From: an uncultured delta proteobacterium
Lineage (GTDB): Bacteria > Desulfobacterota > Syntrophobacteria > BM002
Reading direction: 5' to 3'
Assembly: GCA_963712115.1 (NCBI GenBank)
Contig: CAVQGX010000006.1
Location: 21,662-85,661 of the forward strand
DNA: 64,000 nucleotides
Position numbers and translations under genes: made by a program
In this document: positions 27,780-37,935 of the stretch, one piece after another
How positions within the stretch are numbered: the first letter of the stretch is position 1
Layout of the letters: each line of letters begins with the position of its first letter
The notes under the pieces: model-generated
Databases searched by the model: none
What the model saw: only the letters and a program-made list of their open reading frames with translations
Told to the model about the DNA's origin: nothing

Positions 27780-30191
27780 ATCTACAGGCGGTTTAGTCTT
27801 GGGCAAGCAGACGGTAAAGGCCATATGACCTCCCTCGGAGGTATATGAGAGAAGACCTCCCATATTCTTCAGCAGACGGTAGCAAAGTGGCAATCCTATA
27901 CTCTCACCGCCTTCAGCAAAAGGCATGAAGAGCAGTTCAGGGTGTTTAATTTCCTGTCCTGGGACTGGATTCTTGAACTCAATGCAGAAGTCCTGCTCAC
28001 TCTCAAAGGTTCTTATGGCAAGAACGCCGCCGTTTTCCATGGCTTCTGCTGCGTTGAGAATTAGATTGACAAAAATTTGCGTCAATATATCAGGATCTGT
28101 GTAGACCTCCGACAGATCTGGATGGAGTTTCAATTTGCAGGTAATCCTCCTGAGTTCCGTTTCGGGAGAGAGCAGATCCACACAATGAGCAATAATGCTG
28201 TTGACCGAGCACCCCTGAGGACGGACTTGTACTGGTTTGAGGTAGTTTCTTATTCTAGACAATATCCTTTCCAACCGTTGGGACTCCTGGAGAATAATCT
28301 CACATTCGGGTAGGTCCGGCAGTTTTTGTTGGAGGCGCCGGGCAAAGCCCCCAAGGGATACCAAAGGATTGCGGATTTCGTGAGCTACTTCTGCAGCGAT
28401 GGTACCCAGGGTATTTAGCTTCTCCCTCTGGACGATGGCTTTTTCCAGTTGCTTCCGCTGGGTGACATCGAAGAACACTCCGCTCACATAGTCGATATTA
28501 CCCTTTTCATCGCACACTATTTGTCCCCTGTCTTGTATCCAGAGGATTTCCCCGGATTTCGTCTCAATCCTGTATTCCCTCACATAAAATTTGTTTGTTT
28601 TTAAGGCTTGGACAAAAGCTCTCTTGGCAACCTCGAAGTCGCTATCTATGACAAGGTCGCGCCACTTTTTCTTTCGAGAGTTGAATTCCTCCATGCTGAA
28701 ACCCGTAAGCAGCTCGATCTTTTCATCCATGAAATCCACAGACCAGTCTTGGTATCCCCGGTAAACAATGCTTGGTATGCTATTTATTAAGTGGCGGTAC
28801 CTGGTCTCACTTTCCCGGAGCTCTCCCTCGACCCTCTTTCGATCTTCTATCTCTCGTTTGAGCTGCTCGTTTGTGAACAACAGTTCGGCGGTACGCTCTT
28901 GCACTCGAAGCTCCAGCTCGGCATGCGCTCTCTGCAGGGCCTCCTCCGCCCGCTTGCGGTCGGTTATGTCTGTGAGCACGCCCAAACTTCCAGTGAATTG
29001 CCCCTCCGAATCGTAAAAACCCCTGGGGGATACGAGCGTATATACTCTGCGACCGTCTTTTGCTCTCCAGTCGATCTCATAGCTCTTTGTTTCGCCTGTT
29101 CTACGTTTAGCCATCTCCTCTCTCATGAAGTCCTGGTAGTCTCCGTGGACGAATTCCAAAAGGTGATAGCCTACCATTTCCTCCCGAGAATATCCCAGCA
29201 TTTCCGCAAGTTTTTCATTGACGAAAGTAAATATATAATCACGGTCCGCCATGGCCAACCCCTCGTTCATCGTCTCTACAAGGTGGCGATAGCGTTCCTC
29301 ACTTTCCCGCATTGTCTCCTCAGCAATCTTCCGATTAGTGATGTCACGAATCAGACCATCGTACGAGAGCAGATTTCTCTCCACGTCGTAGTTGGGCACC
29401 AGACTATTGCTCACCCACCTGATCTGACCATCCTTTCGCATGATCCGATGTTCAATCGATCTGGGCTCGTGGCCGGCCAATATCTCGGAGGCCTGGGATC
29501 GGACAAGATCCTGATCTTCTTGCGGCACCATTCTAATCCACAGAAAAGGATCTGCGCTAAATTCCTCTGTAGTGTAACCTGTCACCGCCACACAGTTCGG
29601 CCCGTGATAGGTTTCCGCAGGGTGACCGTTTGCCACCCGCACAGTAAATATGTAATCGGTTATGGCCTCGGTAATTCTCCGGTATCGACTCTCACTTTCA
29701 CTCAGCGCCTTTTCAGCACGCTTGGCCTCGGTAATGTCAAGGGCAGTGAATATTACCCCTTGCGAAAGGTCCGCCGGATCTACGGGGGTTGATCTCAAAT
29801 GAACTTCAATCGCTCTACCGTCTTTGCGCCGCCAGCGAGTTTCAATCCTTCCTATCCCCTTCTCCTCCATATCCTGGTATTTCTCCCGCCCGACACGCTC
29901 AAATTCCTCGTCGTTTTCATAAAGAATTCTGGCGCTTTGACCAATCAATTCGTCTCCAGAATATCCGAGCATTTCACACATATGGTCACTCAGCCAGTTC
30001 AGCACTCTATTGTGAACCAGGCCGATACCTATGGGCGCTGCTTTCAAAATGGACTTGATTGATGCTTCCCTCTCTTTAAGCGTTTCTGCTACCTTTAAAC
30101 CATCTGTTTCTAATCTGCCACAGAGCTGGCGCAGCTCAACCAGTTCATTGATGAGCTGTTTTTTAGTTTTATTTTCGTCTTTCATTGTCAT
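27777..30191 (-). CDS. Cytoplasmic multi-PAS histidine kinase
   Basis: Four PAS/PAC units ending DITE/DITN/DITD/DVTQ, AHEIRNPL, NLILNA. G1 box atypical. Confidence 0.92.
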   Translation of the reverse strand: MTMKDENKTKKQLINELVELRQLCGRLETDGLKVAETLKEREASIKSILKAAPIGIGLVHNRVLNWLSDHMCEMLGYSGDELIGQSARILYENDEEFERVGREKYQDMEEKGIGRIETRWRRKDGRAIEVHLRSTPVDPADLSQGVIFTALDITEAKRAEKALSESESRYRRITEAITDYIFTVRVANGHPAETYHGPNCVAVTGYTTEEFSADPFLWIRMVPQEDQDLVRSQASEILAGHEPRSIEHRIMRKDGQIRWVSNSLVPNYDVERNLLSYDGLIRDITNRKIAEETMRESEERYRHLVETMNEGLAMADRDYIFTFVNEKLAEMLGYSREEMVGYHLLEFVHGDYQDFMREEMAKRRTGETKSYEIDWRAKDGRRVYTLVSPRGFYDSEGQFTGSLGVLTDITDRKRAEEALQRAHAELELRVQERTAELLFTNEQLKREIEDRKRVEGELRESETRYRHLINSIPSIVYRGYQDWSVDFMDEKIELLTGFSMEEFNSRKKKWRDLVIDSDFEVAKRAFVQALKTNKFYVREYRIETKSGEILWIQDRGQIVCDEKGNIDYVSGVFFDVTQRKQLEKAIVQREKLNTLGTIAAEVAHEIRNPLVSLGGFARRLQQKLPDLPECEIILQESQRLERILSRIRNYLKPVQVRPQGCSVNSIIAHCVDLLSPETELRRITCKLKLHPDLSEVYTDPDILTQIFVNLILNAAEAMENGGVLAIRTFESEQDFCIEFKNPVPGQEIKHPELLFMPFAEGGESIGLPLCYRLLKNMGGLLSYTSEGGHMAFTVCLPKTKPPVD

Positions 30192-30392
30192 GCCTTATGC
30201 TTGGTGAATATTTGGCTTGGATAGGTAACATTACAGGAGGAAAGGAAGAGTTTCAAGAGGAAGATGGTCAGGAGTTACCCCATTTTTTCCTCGCGTGATT
30301 TGCCCATCTGCTGTGGTGGCTTGTTGGTTTGGCGAGACGGGCGAGACGAGTAATATCCGACCCCTGTCTCACCCGACCTCACGCTGAGTTTA

Positions 30393-30434
30393 CCCTGAGT
30401 GAGCTTGCCCTGAGCCTATCGAAGGGTCGAAGGG
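30393..30434. repeat. Self-nested REP-like motif
   Basis: CCCTGAG-TGAGCTTG-[CCCTGAGCCTATCGAAGGG]-TCGAAGGG, flanked by GGCGAGACG 9-mers. Confidence 0.6.
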
Positions 30435-30582
30435 CCCGATTTCCCGTCTCGTTGGGTTTTGCCCTTTGCCTCGATTGTGTTTTGTGGCCCTTGTGGTTAG
30501 CTTAAGTGGCCGAAAAACTGATCGATTTTTGTTTTGAGCAAGAGTCTGTTGACATTACTAGTATTATGGTGAAGGGTATTGT

Positions 30583-31476
30583 ATGGGACAAAAACTGAGG
30601 GGCGAACTATTGCACTACTCAATTATCACCAATCCCGTCTCAGGCGGAATGGCGGTGGACCAAAAGCGCTCTGCCTTGGCAAAAGCTGCGGAGATCCTCA
30701 AAGCAAGTATACACGGGCTTGACACTGCATCAGCCGAGGACTTCAGCGATTGTGCCAGGGATCTTGCCAGCCGATGCCAAGTACTGGTAGTCGCCGGGGG
30801 AGATGGGACTCTCTCCGACATTATCAATTCTATTGATACCACCAGAACACCAATAGGATTTCTCCCTCTGGGGACCGGTAATGCCATGCTGCACGGTTTG
30901 AAATACAAGGGCGATCTAGCCGACATTGCCAGGCGAATAAGAGACGGGAAGATTCACCAATTCGACCTGATCAGTTGCGATGAAAAAAGACGCGCTTTCA
31001 TAGCTTCGGTGGGGATCGAAGGTACGATAATACGGCTTTGGCAACAATCCCGTGATCGAGGGAGTTCTGGCTTCAAGGCCTACTTCCTTGCTACCTTGAG
31101 CTCATATTTTAAAGAATATAAACGAGCCAACGGTATGATTGACTTGGATGGGGAAAGGTTTGAAGCTAAAAATCTTTTGAGTCTGATGATAATGAAACAA
31201 CCCTATTTTGGCTTCGGCATGAAAGTTATGCCTAAAGCACGATTTGATGATGGGCAACTGCACATTCGCTGCATCAATTCTGGCCTTCTCAAGACTTCCT
31301 TTGGGATACTAACTGCATTTACTCTGGGCAATTTAACTGGCCGATATCTTACTGGTAAGGAGCTGACCCTGAAGTTGGACCGTCCGCTGGTGTTGCAATG
31401 TGATGGGAACGAGGGCTGGGAGGCTGACTCCTTTTACTTCAAGATTTTACCCAAAGCTCTAAAGATTAAATGTTAG
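30583..31476 (+). CDS. Diacylglycerol/lipid kinase family protein (YegS/DgkB-like)
   Basis: NPVSGG, GGDGT, PLGTGN, FDDG, CDGNE. Confidence 0.9.
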   Translation: MGQKLRGELLHYSIITNPVSGGMAVDQKRSALAKAAEILKASIHGLDTASAEDFSDCARDLASRCQVLVVAGGDGTLSDIINSIDTTRTPIGFLPLGTGNAMLHGLKYKGDLADIARRIRDGKIHQFDLISCDEKRRAFIASVGIEGTIIRLWQQSRDRGSSGFKAYFLATLSSYFKEYKRANGMIDLDGERFEAKNLLSLMIMKQPYFGFGMKVMPKARFDDGQLHIRCINSGLLKTSFGILTAFTLGNLTGRYLTGKELTLKLDRPLVLQCDGNEGWEADSFYFKILPKALKIKC

Positions 31477-32366
31477 AAACAGCGAATAAACCTGAAGAGA
31501 TTCCCTCCCCTTGGGAAGAGTTGGATCTGTCTGAACTCAGCGGAACCATGATGATCGTAGGGGCTTCGGATGTGGGCAAATCCACTTTCTCCCGTTACCT
31601 CTTCAAACGTCTATGTACGATCTATCCTCGGGTGGCATATCTGGATGGCGACCCGGGTCAATCCACCTTGGGACCTCCCGGCACCATGACTCTGGCCATG
31701 GCTAACAATGTCGATGACACCTTCCCACCTCGGGGACGCAGGTGGCGAAAATTTGTCGGCTCCGTTTCGCCGGTCGGTAACATGTTAGCCGTGCTGACCT
31801 GCGCAGCCCGCCTGTTGGAAGCAGCTCGGGAAGCAGAGGCGCAAGCAGTAATCTATGACACTACCGGCCTGATAGAAGCCGCCCGGGGGGGAATTCATCT
31901 CAAACTGGCAAAGATTGATCTCTTGCGCCCCGCGGTGCTCTTTGCCCTCCAGCGCGAGCAAGAATTGAAGACTCTGTTGCTGCCCCTGCGCCGAAGACGC
32001 CATATCTTAGTTTTAGAGTTTTCCCCGTCCTCGGCGGCGCAACGACGAGATATACCAGTTCGCAAGGCACACCGTGCCGCACAATTCGCCCAATACTTCA
32101 CCAACGGTTCTCAACTCAGGGTGAACTGGACCCAGTTTGCTGTGTTGCCTGCGCCGCGATTCAATCTCCACCGCTTGGTGGCATTGGAAGATGCAGATGG
32201 TTTCACCATCGGCCTGGGCATTGTGGTGCAGATTGATCGGTTTTACAGGCAGGTCATATTGCACACACCGGTAGACACACTTAACGGGGTAGATGTTATC
32301 CGGCTTGGGGATTTGCTGGTTGATCCGCTAACTTTTGAAGATAGTCCTCTCACCGGTAAATACTGA
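31470..32366 (+). CDS. Clp1/Grc3-like polynucleotide 5'-hydroxyl kinase
   Basis: Walker A GASDVGKST, DGDPGQ..GPPG, DTTG, RKAHR clasp-like motif. Confidence 0.82.
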   Translation: MLETANKPEEIPSPWEELDLSELSGTMMIVGASDVGKSTFSRYLFKRLCTIYPRVAYLDGDPGQSTLGPPGTMTLAMANNVDDTFPPRGRRWRKFVGSVSPVGNMLAVLTCAARLLEAAREAEAQAVIYDTTGLIEAARGGIHLKLAKIDLLRPAVLFALQREQELKTLLLPLRRRRHILVLEFSPSSAAQRRDIPVRKAHRAAQFAQYFTNGSQLRVNWTQFAVLPAPRFNLHRLVALEDADGFTIGLGIVVQIDRFYRQVILHTPVDTLNGVDVIRLGDLLVDPLTFEDSPLTGKY

Positions 32367-32480
32367 TCCAGGAAGTTTTTCCCAGACAGCAACCAGTCGC
32401 ACGCGAGGACAGGGTGAGCTGCGAGGTAATAGGTCATGGGATGCCTCCTACCCATAACCCATTACCTTTGACAGAAAATT

Positions 32481-33020
32481 TTAGCTTTTGTACTCCAAAA
32501 CCAGGCCTGTGTAGGTTCCATCATCGGCCCGGACTATGTCGTCCTGGCTGCTAGGGTCGCTTAGGTCAGGTGCGCTCATCCTATCTTTGCCCATGCTGAA
32601 AAGATCGAAGTCTTCATTCAGCGAAGAGGATTTGCCGCTGCCCTTGCCTTTGCCCTTGTTCTTCTTTCCTGTTGTTCGCCTAATTTCTTCCCCCCCGGAT
32701 GTGGTATCGAAATTGATATACTGATAAGGCGTCTTCCAAGGGTCCAGCATAGCTGAGCGATCTAGCTCAGCAAGGCTGTCTGGTAGCCGGTCGTTGGTGT
32801 GCCAGAACTCCAATATTTCTTTTTCCAGTACCCGGATCTCCGCTATGGCGCGGGTATTCTTGGCTCTGTCGATGAAATGAGAGTAGACTCCCATTCCTAT
32901 AATAGTGAGAAGAGCAAGCACACCTAGGACCACGATTAGCTCTATTAGAGTAAACCCTCGAGACCATCGAGTCCTTTTAGGGCAAGCAAATGGAAGAGTG
33001 TTCCTATTCAAAATTGGCAT
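32481..33020 (-). CDS. Type IV pilin / GspG-like pseudopilin
   Basis: Prepilin site RG-FTLIELIVV; DPWKTPYQY; FDLFSMGKD. Confidence 0.88.
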   Translation of the reverse strand: MPILNRNTLPFACPKRTRWSRGFTLIELIVVLGVLALLTIIGMGVYSHFIDRAKNTRAIAEIRVLEKEILEFWHTNDRLPDSLAELDRSAMLDPWKTPYQYINFDTTSGGEEIRRTTGKKNKGKGKGSGKSSSLNEDFDLFSMGKDRMSAPDLSDPSSQDDIVRADDGTYTGLVLEYKS

Positions 33021-33056
33021 ACACCCTCTCTTGGAGTGTTACTGCATCGCTTATTT

Positions 33057-33710
33057 CTATGAAGCCGTTAATTCTTCCGTAGAACTTTTATCCTCTGGCT
33101 CTCCATTCTCTTCAGAACTAACCCGAAAATACTTGACCTGATCTATAAGATCTTCAAGAAGCTGACGATGTTGTTTAAAGAGCTCTTGATCAGGATTTTG
33201 TCCTCCATGGTCATTGTTTGACCCTTGCTCGAGGGCCGTCAATGAATCGAGAGCTCTTGAGCCTGCTTGCTGCATGGATTCACACTGACCTGCGAGAGCA
33301 TCTATCATCTCATTCAGAGACTCATTTTCTCGGTGCAAGTAATCGTTTTTTCTTATCTGCACCCGGAAGTTCAAAACCCCTTTGGCAATTTCTGCAAAAG
33401 CCCAACGAAACCGATAAAGGGGGCCTATGAGTCGATGGAAGATACGTACCGAATGAATGCCCAAAACGCACACCATGGCGATGATTGCCGGCCACACCCG
33501 TGAATGAAGAGTAAGAAGTTTTTCGGCAGCTGCCGCACGAACTTCCCAACTCAAATCTTCATTGCTCATGGCCATTATGTCGGGAACAAATAGGCAGACT
33601 ATAAGAAACAGCACGATCACCAGACTGTAAGTGACGATTATGGCCAAGACTCTATATTGGAGCGACCGATCGACGATAGAATATTGCTGACGCCTCGTCC
33701 TTGCTGTCAT
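33057..33710 (-). CDS. Two-TM HAMP-domain protein
   Basis: Two TMs, then HRLIGPLYRF...IRKND..LNEM. Confidence 0.78.
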   Translation of the reverse strand: MTARTRRQQYSIVDRSLQYRVLAIIVTYSLVIVLFLIVCLFVPDIMAMSNEDLSWEVRAAAAEKLLTLHSRVWPAIIAMVCVLGIHSVRIFHRLIGPLYRFRWAFAEIAKGVLNFRVQIRKNDYLHRENESLNEMIDALAGQCESMQQAGSRALDSLTALEQGSNNDHGGQNPDQELFKQHRQLLEDLIDQVKYFRVSSEENGEPEDKSSTEELTAS

Positions 33711-33803
33711 GACTACTCCTCATGGGCATTTTGGTGAAACCCCGGCCCATTTACAAAAATGCAGAGTGAGAACTAGTACTTAGATTTCTTGTCTTTTCGC
33801 AGA

Positions 33804-33819
33804 TGCAGAACTTATGCCA
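33804..33819 (-). promoter_or_regulatory. Probable sigma54 promoter
   Basis: Minus strand TGGCATAAGTTCTGCA. Confidence 0.6.
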
Positions 33820-33975
33820 AGAAAAGCAAAAGAGAATGGTTTTGTCTGGTGTTTGGCAGACTAGACCACTTTCCCGTTTACTCTCTTCCACGCTATGCGC
33901 TACCATGTCCTGTCGAAGAATGCCCTCTGGGCTCAGCCTAAATCGTTCTCTTTTATTTAGAAATAGGGAGGTAAC

Positions 33976-34953
33976 ATGGCAAAAGCGATTATTATGTATG
34001 ATACTGGTGGTCCCGAGGTTCTCCGTTGGGAGGAGTATGATCCGGGGAAGCCGGGCCCGGGGGAGGTCTTGCTTCGTCATGAAGCTGTGGGCTTGAATTA
34101 CATCGACATATATCACCGCTCCGGCCTTTACCCCTTGCCCTCTCTTCCCGGGATACCGGGCATGGAAGGTGGAGGTGTTGTGGAGGCCATTGGTGAGTCA
34201 GTAACTGAAGTCGCCGTGGGGGAGCGGGTGGCCTATGCCGGACTTCCTCCTGGTGCTTACGCCGAGGCCAGAATCATTCCGGCCCACCGTCTGGTAAAGC
34301 TTCCCGATTCCATCTCCACCCGGCAAGGTGCGGCCATGATGCTCCAGGGCATGACCGCGAGGTATCTTCTCCACGGCTGTTACAAGGTTAAAACCGGTGA
34401 CACTATCTTGATTCAGGCAGCCGCGGGAGGCGTCGGCTTGATTGTTTGCCAGTGGGCCAAATATCTGGGCGCTACAGTAATCGGTACGGTGGGATCCCCG
34501 GAGAAGGCGGAATTAGCTCAAAGTCACGGTTGCCATTATCCCATCCTCTACCAAGAGGAGGACTTTGTTTCGAGAGTTAAGGAGATTACTCAAGGGAAGG
34601 GCGTTGATGTGGTGTACGATTCAGTGGGCCAGGCCACCTTTATGAAGTCCCTGGATTGCTTGCGGCCCCTGGGAATGATGGTGAGCTTCGGTCAGGCTTC
34701 TGGGCCGATCCCGCCTTTTGATCTTGGAATTCTCGCTGCCAAGGGCTCTTTGTTCCTCACCCGACCAAGTCTCATGGCCTACACAGCAAAGAGGGAGGAT
34801 CTCCTTGCTCACGCCCAAGACCTATTCGAGGTAGTGGAAAAAGGCGCGGTCAAGATAGAAATACGCCAGACCTATGCCCTGGCTGAAGCGGTCCAGGCCC
34901 ACCGCGATCTCGAGGGTCGCAAGACCACCGGCTCGACAGTGTTAATTCCCTGA
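33976..34953 (+). CDS. qor: NADPH:quinone oxidoreductase (zeta-crystallin/MDR family)
   Basis: GGPEVL, GLNYID, AAAGGVG, YDSVG, GSLFLTRP, TTGS. Confidence 0.92.
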   Translation: MAKAIIMYDTGGPEVLRWEEYDPGKPGPGEVLLRHEAVGLNYIDIYHRSGLYPLPSLPGIPGMEGGGVVEAIGESVTEVAVGERVAYAGLPPGAYAEARIIPAHRLVKLPDSISTRQGAAMMLQGMTARYLLHGCYKVKTGDTILIQAAAGGVGLIVCQWAKYLGATVIGTVGSPEKAELAQSHGCHYPILYQEEDFVSRVKEITQGKGVDVVYDSVGQATFMKSLDCLRPLGMMVSFGQASGPIPPFDLGILAAKGSLFLTRPSLMAYTAKREDLLAHAQDLFEVVEKGAVKIEIRQTYALAEAVQAHRDLEGRKTTGSTVLIP

Positions 34954-34975
34954 ATCAAAGGCTAAAACATAGTCC

Positions 34976-35236
34976 GTCTGGAATTTGCTTGGATGATCAT
35001 TTATTAACCATTGATGTGATGATTTTGCTTGGGCAGGGGGATTTCCGAGGCAAAGTGCATCTGAGCCACCGGTGTCTTGCTTTGGCAGCCTGGAATGACT
35101 TTCATCTGCGTCGGCGGCAGCCTTATTGCGGAGCGACGAACCGCAGTCCAACTGATGCGAATATGCAGCTCTGTCGAGGAGTTCTCCCTGGCCAAGCCGG
35201 CGCTTTGATCATGCTATCCAAGCAAATTCCGCAGAC
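34976..35236. mobile_element. MITE-like element, family A, copy 2
   Basis: Perfect 15-bp TIR GGAATTTGCTTGGAT / ATCCAAGCAAATTCC. Colinear with 4476-4733. Confidence 0.78.
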
Positions 35237-35326
35237 CTTAAAACTGGAAGAGACAACTGTAAGTGCAGATTTAACCTGCACTTACAGTTGACTAGGGCTA
35301 GTTATGCTTCGCCAGGCAGTTTCTTC

Positions 35327-35773
35327 CTACGAGGTAAAAAGACAGATTTTGCAATGTCTGGCGTATTTCAGAAAATCCTCAGCTGACCAAACGACTACGT
35401 CATCTATCAGTTTATTCTCATCAATTTCCATCATGTCCACCGTCATCTTGCAGGCGATCAGCTCGACCCCTTCGAGTTGGGCCACCTCCTGGAGTTCAGC
35501 CAGGCTGGGAATGTTAGCCTTGGTAATCTTTTTCTTCATCATCCCCGTGGCAATGCTGGACATCCCCGGAATGGCTCCCATGACTCCGGGGGGGATGAAC
35601 TTGGCCCTCTCGGCACCGCCTTTGAGCACCATGTTCAAACCCATAAATGAGTAAAAGATCTTGCTCTCCATCCCCTGGCGAGCTGCGTTGATCGCCAGCA
35701 CCAGTGAGGGATAAGCCCCATCAAGGGTGTCCTTCACGCAAATGAAGGCAGCTTTTTCTTTCTCTTCAGCCAT
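35327..35773 (-). CDS. DsrE/DsrF/DrsH-like (DsrE2-type) protein
   Basis: IFYSFMG, IPSLAEL, LIACKMTVDMM. Confidence 0.85.
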   Translation of the reverse strand: MAEEKEKAAFICVKDTLDGAYPSLVLAINAARQGMESKIFYSFMGLNMVLKGGAERAKFIPPGVMGAIPGMSSIATGMMKKKITKANIPSLAELQEVAQLEGVELIACKMTVDMMEIDENKLIDDVVVWSAEDFLKYARHCKICLFTS

Positions 35774-35916
35774 TGATTTTCCTCCTTGACTAAAACACTA
35801 GGAAACCAAAGGTAAAGTTTCCTTGGTTGAATTTTCTTACAAAACCTCTTTTTACTTCTTACAAGTGAGACCATTGTAGACTTGCCACTGACCCAAAGGA
35901 TGTTCTCTATTTTTAA

Positions 35917-37191
35917 CTAGAACCTCCAGGTAAAGGCGAAACTAAGACTGTCTTCGGACAGCTTAGATTTCAACTTTGCACTTGAGCCATCTGGGGCTGT
36001 GCCACTTTCAGAAAGTTCGTTCTCGAAGGCATGCATGTAAGACAAATTGAGCACTAAACTCTCACCAAGCTCATACCCTACGCCTGCAGCTATGTGGTGT
36101 TCCACCACGGCGGGGAACCCTATGACTCTAAAGCTTTCATAGTAGTAACGTGGTAGGCTTTTACCCTGAACATTGACGAAATCTGGTGGGCCTAAGAGAC
36201 TCCCATTCCAGTTATCGTGATCGTCTACTGGATTCTCCGCATAATTATAACCTACGCGGAAAAATACATGGTCGATGGCTTCCCATTGCCCCCCGACAGC
36301 GAAGACCCACTGGTCGTTCCAATCGAAATCCTCATAACCGTCGGCATCCGACCAGTTTATATATTTCACATTGGTCTCGAGCAACACTCTGGCCTTGAGA
36401 AACTCGTAGGCAACACCCAAGCCAACCTCCTGTGGCTGTTCCAAGGTTAGATTCTGTCTACGACCATTCCCGCTAAAATCGTAGACGTGATTGTATGTTG
36501 CCTTCTGCGGCGAGGTGTAGACCAGGCCAAGGGTTAGTTGATCGATAGGTTTGTAGGTACCCCCAAGTTTAATCCCATAGGAATAGGCAGCAACCGTACC
36601 GTCACCCAGGTCGAGGGTTGAGTAGTTGATCTGAAAAGACGTGCCCACTGAAAGATTCGGCAGAACCTGGTAAGCAATGGTGGGGGCGAATTTCATTAAC
36701 TGTAGATTAGTGTACGTTCCTGCGGCAAGGGGCTGAGTCCCCCCAAAGAAGTACCCCGATTGATCGAGAGCGGTGTCCCGGTAATCCACCCCAAGACCGG
36801 AAACGCCATAGGCTGAAAGGCCGAATCTCCATCTGGCATCAGGTCCACCTATGGGAACGGAAAATCCTATTGCGGGAATAGCATAATTTTGATCCCGAGC
36901 ATCAGCCTTGAAGGTCTGCCCCGAAGCAGTGACTTCAGCCTTTGGCTCCGGCATAAAAATTGTCCCGGCAAAGTCAAACTGGGAACTGGGGCAGTATGGA
37001 CCGAAACACATGGCCGACGGGTTGGAAAAAACCGCACTGATGGCATCCTGCGGGGCAGCTATACCCACACCACCCATTGACCTGGAAGTAGGGCCAATGC
37101 CAATCAACTGCTGACCATTCGTCGCAAAAGCAGCCGGCGACAATGTGGCAATGAGCATAACAGCTAGCAATACGGTTAATAGCTTTCGCAT
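35917..37191 (-). CDS. FadL/OmpP1/TodX family outer membrane transporter
   Basis: Signal peptide, MGG..A, NPSAM, C-terminal Phe. Confidence 0.88.
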   Translation of the reverse strand: MRKLLTVLLAVMLIATLSPAAFATNGQQLIGIGPTSRSMGGVGIAAPQDAISAVFSNPSAMCFGPYCPSSQFDFAGTIFMPEPKAEVTASGQTFKADARDQNYAIPAIGFSVPIGGPDARWRFGLSAYGVSGLGVDYRDTALDQSGYFFGGTQPLAAGTYTNLQLMKFAPTIAYQVLPNLSVGTSFQINYSTLDLGDGTVAAYSYGIKLGGTYKPIDQLTLGLVYTSPQKATYNHVYDFSGNGRRQNLTLEQPQEVGLGVAYEFLKARVLLETNVKYINWSDADGYEDFDWNDQWVFAVGGQWEAIDHVFFRVGYNYAENPVDDHDNWNGSLLGPPDFVNVQGKSLPRYYYESFRVIGFPAVVEHHIAAGVGYELGESLVLNLSYMHAFENELSESGTAPDGSSAKLKSKLSEDSLSFAFTWRF

Positions 37192-37318
37192 AAATCACTC
37201 CTTTCCTCTTTTAGAATTAAGGTAACCTGATATCCATCAATTGACCCTCTCACCCCCTTTTCATTTAAAATATTTCACTAGCAGGCTGCTAGATAAACTT
37301 GTTTCTAATCGGGACAAG

Positions 37319-37333
37319 GTTCACGCTATGAAC
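37319..37333. promoter_or_regulatory. Candidate MarR operator (related sites 37918-37932 and 38058-38072)
   Basis: GTTCA-CGCTA-TGAAC palindrome. Confidence 0.5.
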
Positions 37334-37443
37334 TTTATCCCTGAAACAAATAAATATTGCCACAACCTAGGTTGTCAGTTTCATTTGGAATCGATTTTAT
37401 CGATTCTTCGCAGGAGAAATTGGTGCTCTATATGAAAAATCCG

Positions 37444-37935
37444 TTAGACCATCTGATTCTTAACGGCTTCCATGCTTGCTCGGAGTATTTCGAGGCAGGA
37501 AATGACCATTTTACGCTGTTCGGGCTCGAATTCTAGCAGTAACCTCTGGTGCAGGTCTTTGGTGACATCGTTTAATTCTCTGGATTGCTTTTGGCCTTTA
37601 CTGGTAAGCCCGATCAGCTTGACCCTGGCATCTTTGGGGTCGTCTATGCTTTCAACCAATCTTTTCTGAAGCAAACCATTGATGATCTTGGTGACGCGAC
37701 TTTTAGCAACATCCAGCCTTTGGGAAATTCCTTTGGCAGTTAGATACCTTTCCTCGCCGAAAAGCATCAAACATCGCAGTTCTGCCTCGGGAATGTCGAA
37801 TTTTTTCGAGAGAAATGAGGTCCGCTCTTTGCAGCATTGGACAACCTCTGCGATGAGGTCCTCCAATTTCTGGCTTTGATAATCTAGCAAAACATCATTG
37901 GAATTTGTTTCTCGATCATTCATAGTGTTAAGCAT
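37444..37935 (-). CDS. MarR family transcriptional regulator
   Basis: wHTH VAKSRVTKIINGL, DPKDARVKLIGLTSKG. Confidence 0.92.
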   Translation of the reverse strand: MLNTMNDRETNSNDVLLDYQSQKLEDLIAEVVQCCKERTSFLSKKFDIPEAELRCLMLFGEERYLTAKGISQRLDVAKSRVTKIINGLLQKRLVESIDDPKDARVKLIGLTSKGQKQSRELNDVTKDLHQRLLLEFEPEQRKMVISCLEILRASMEAVKNQMV

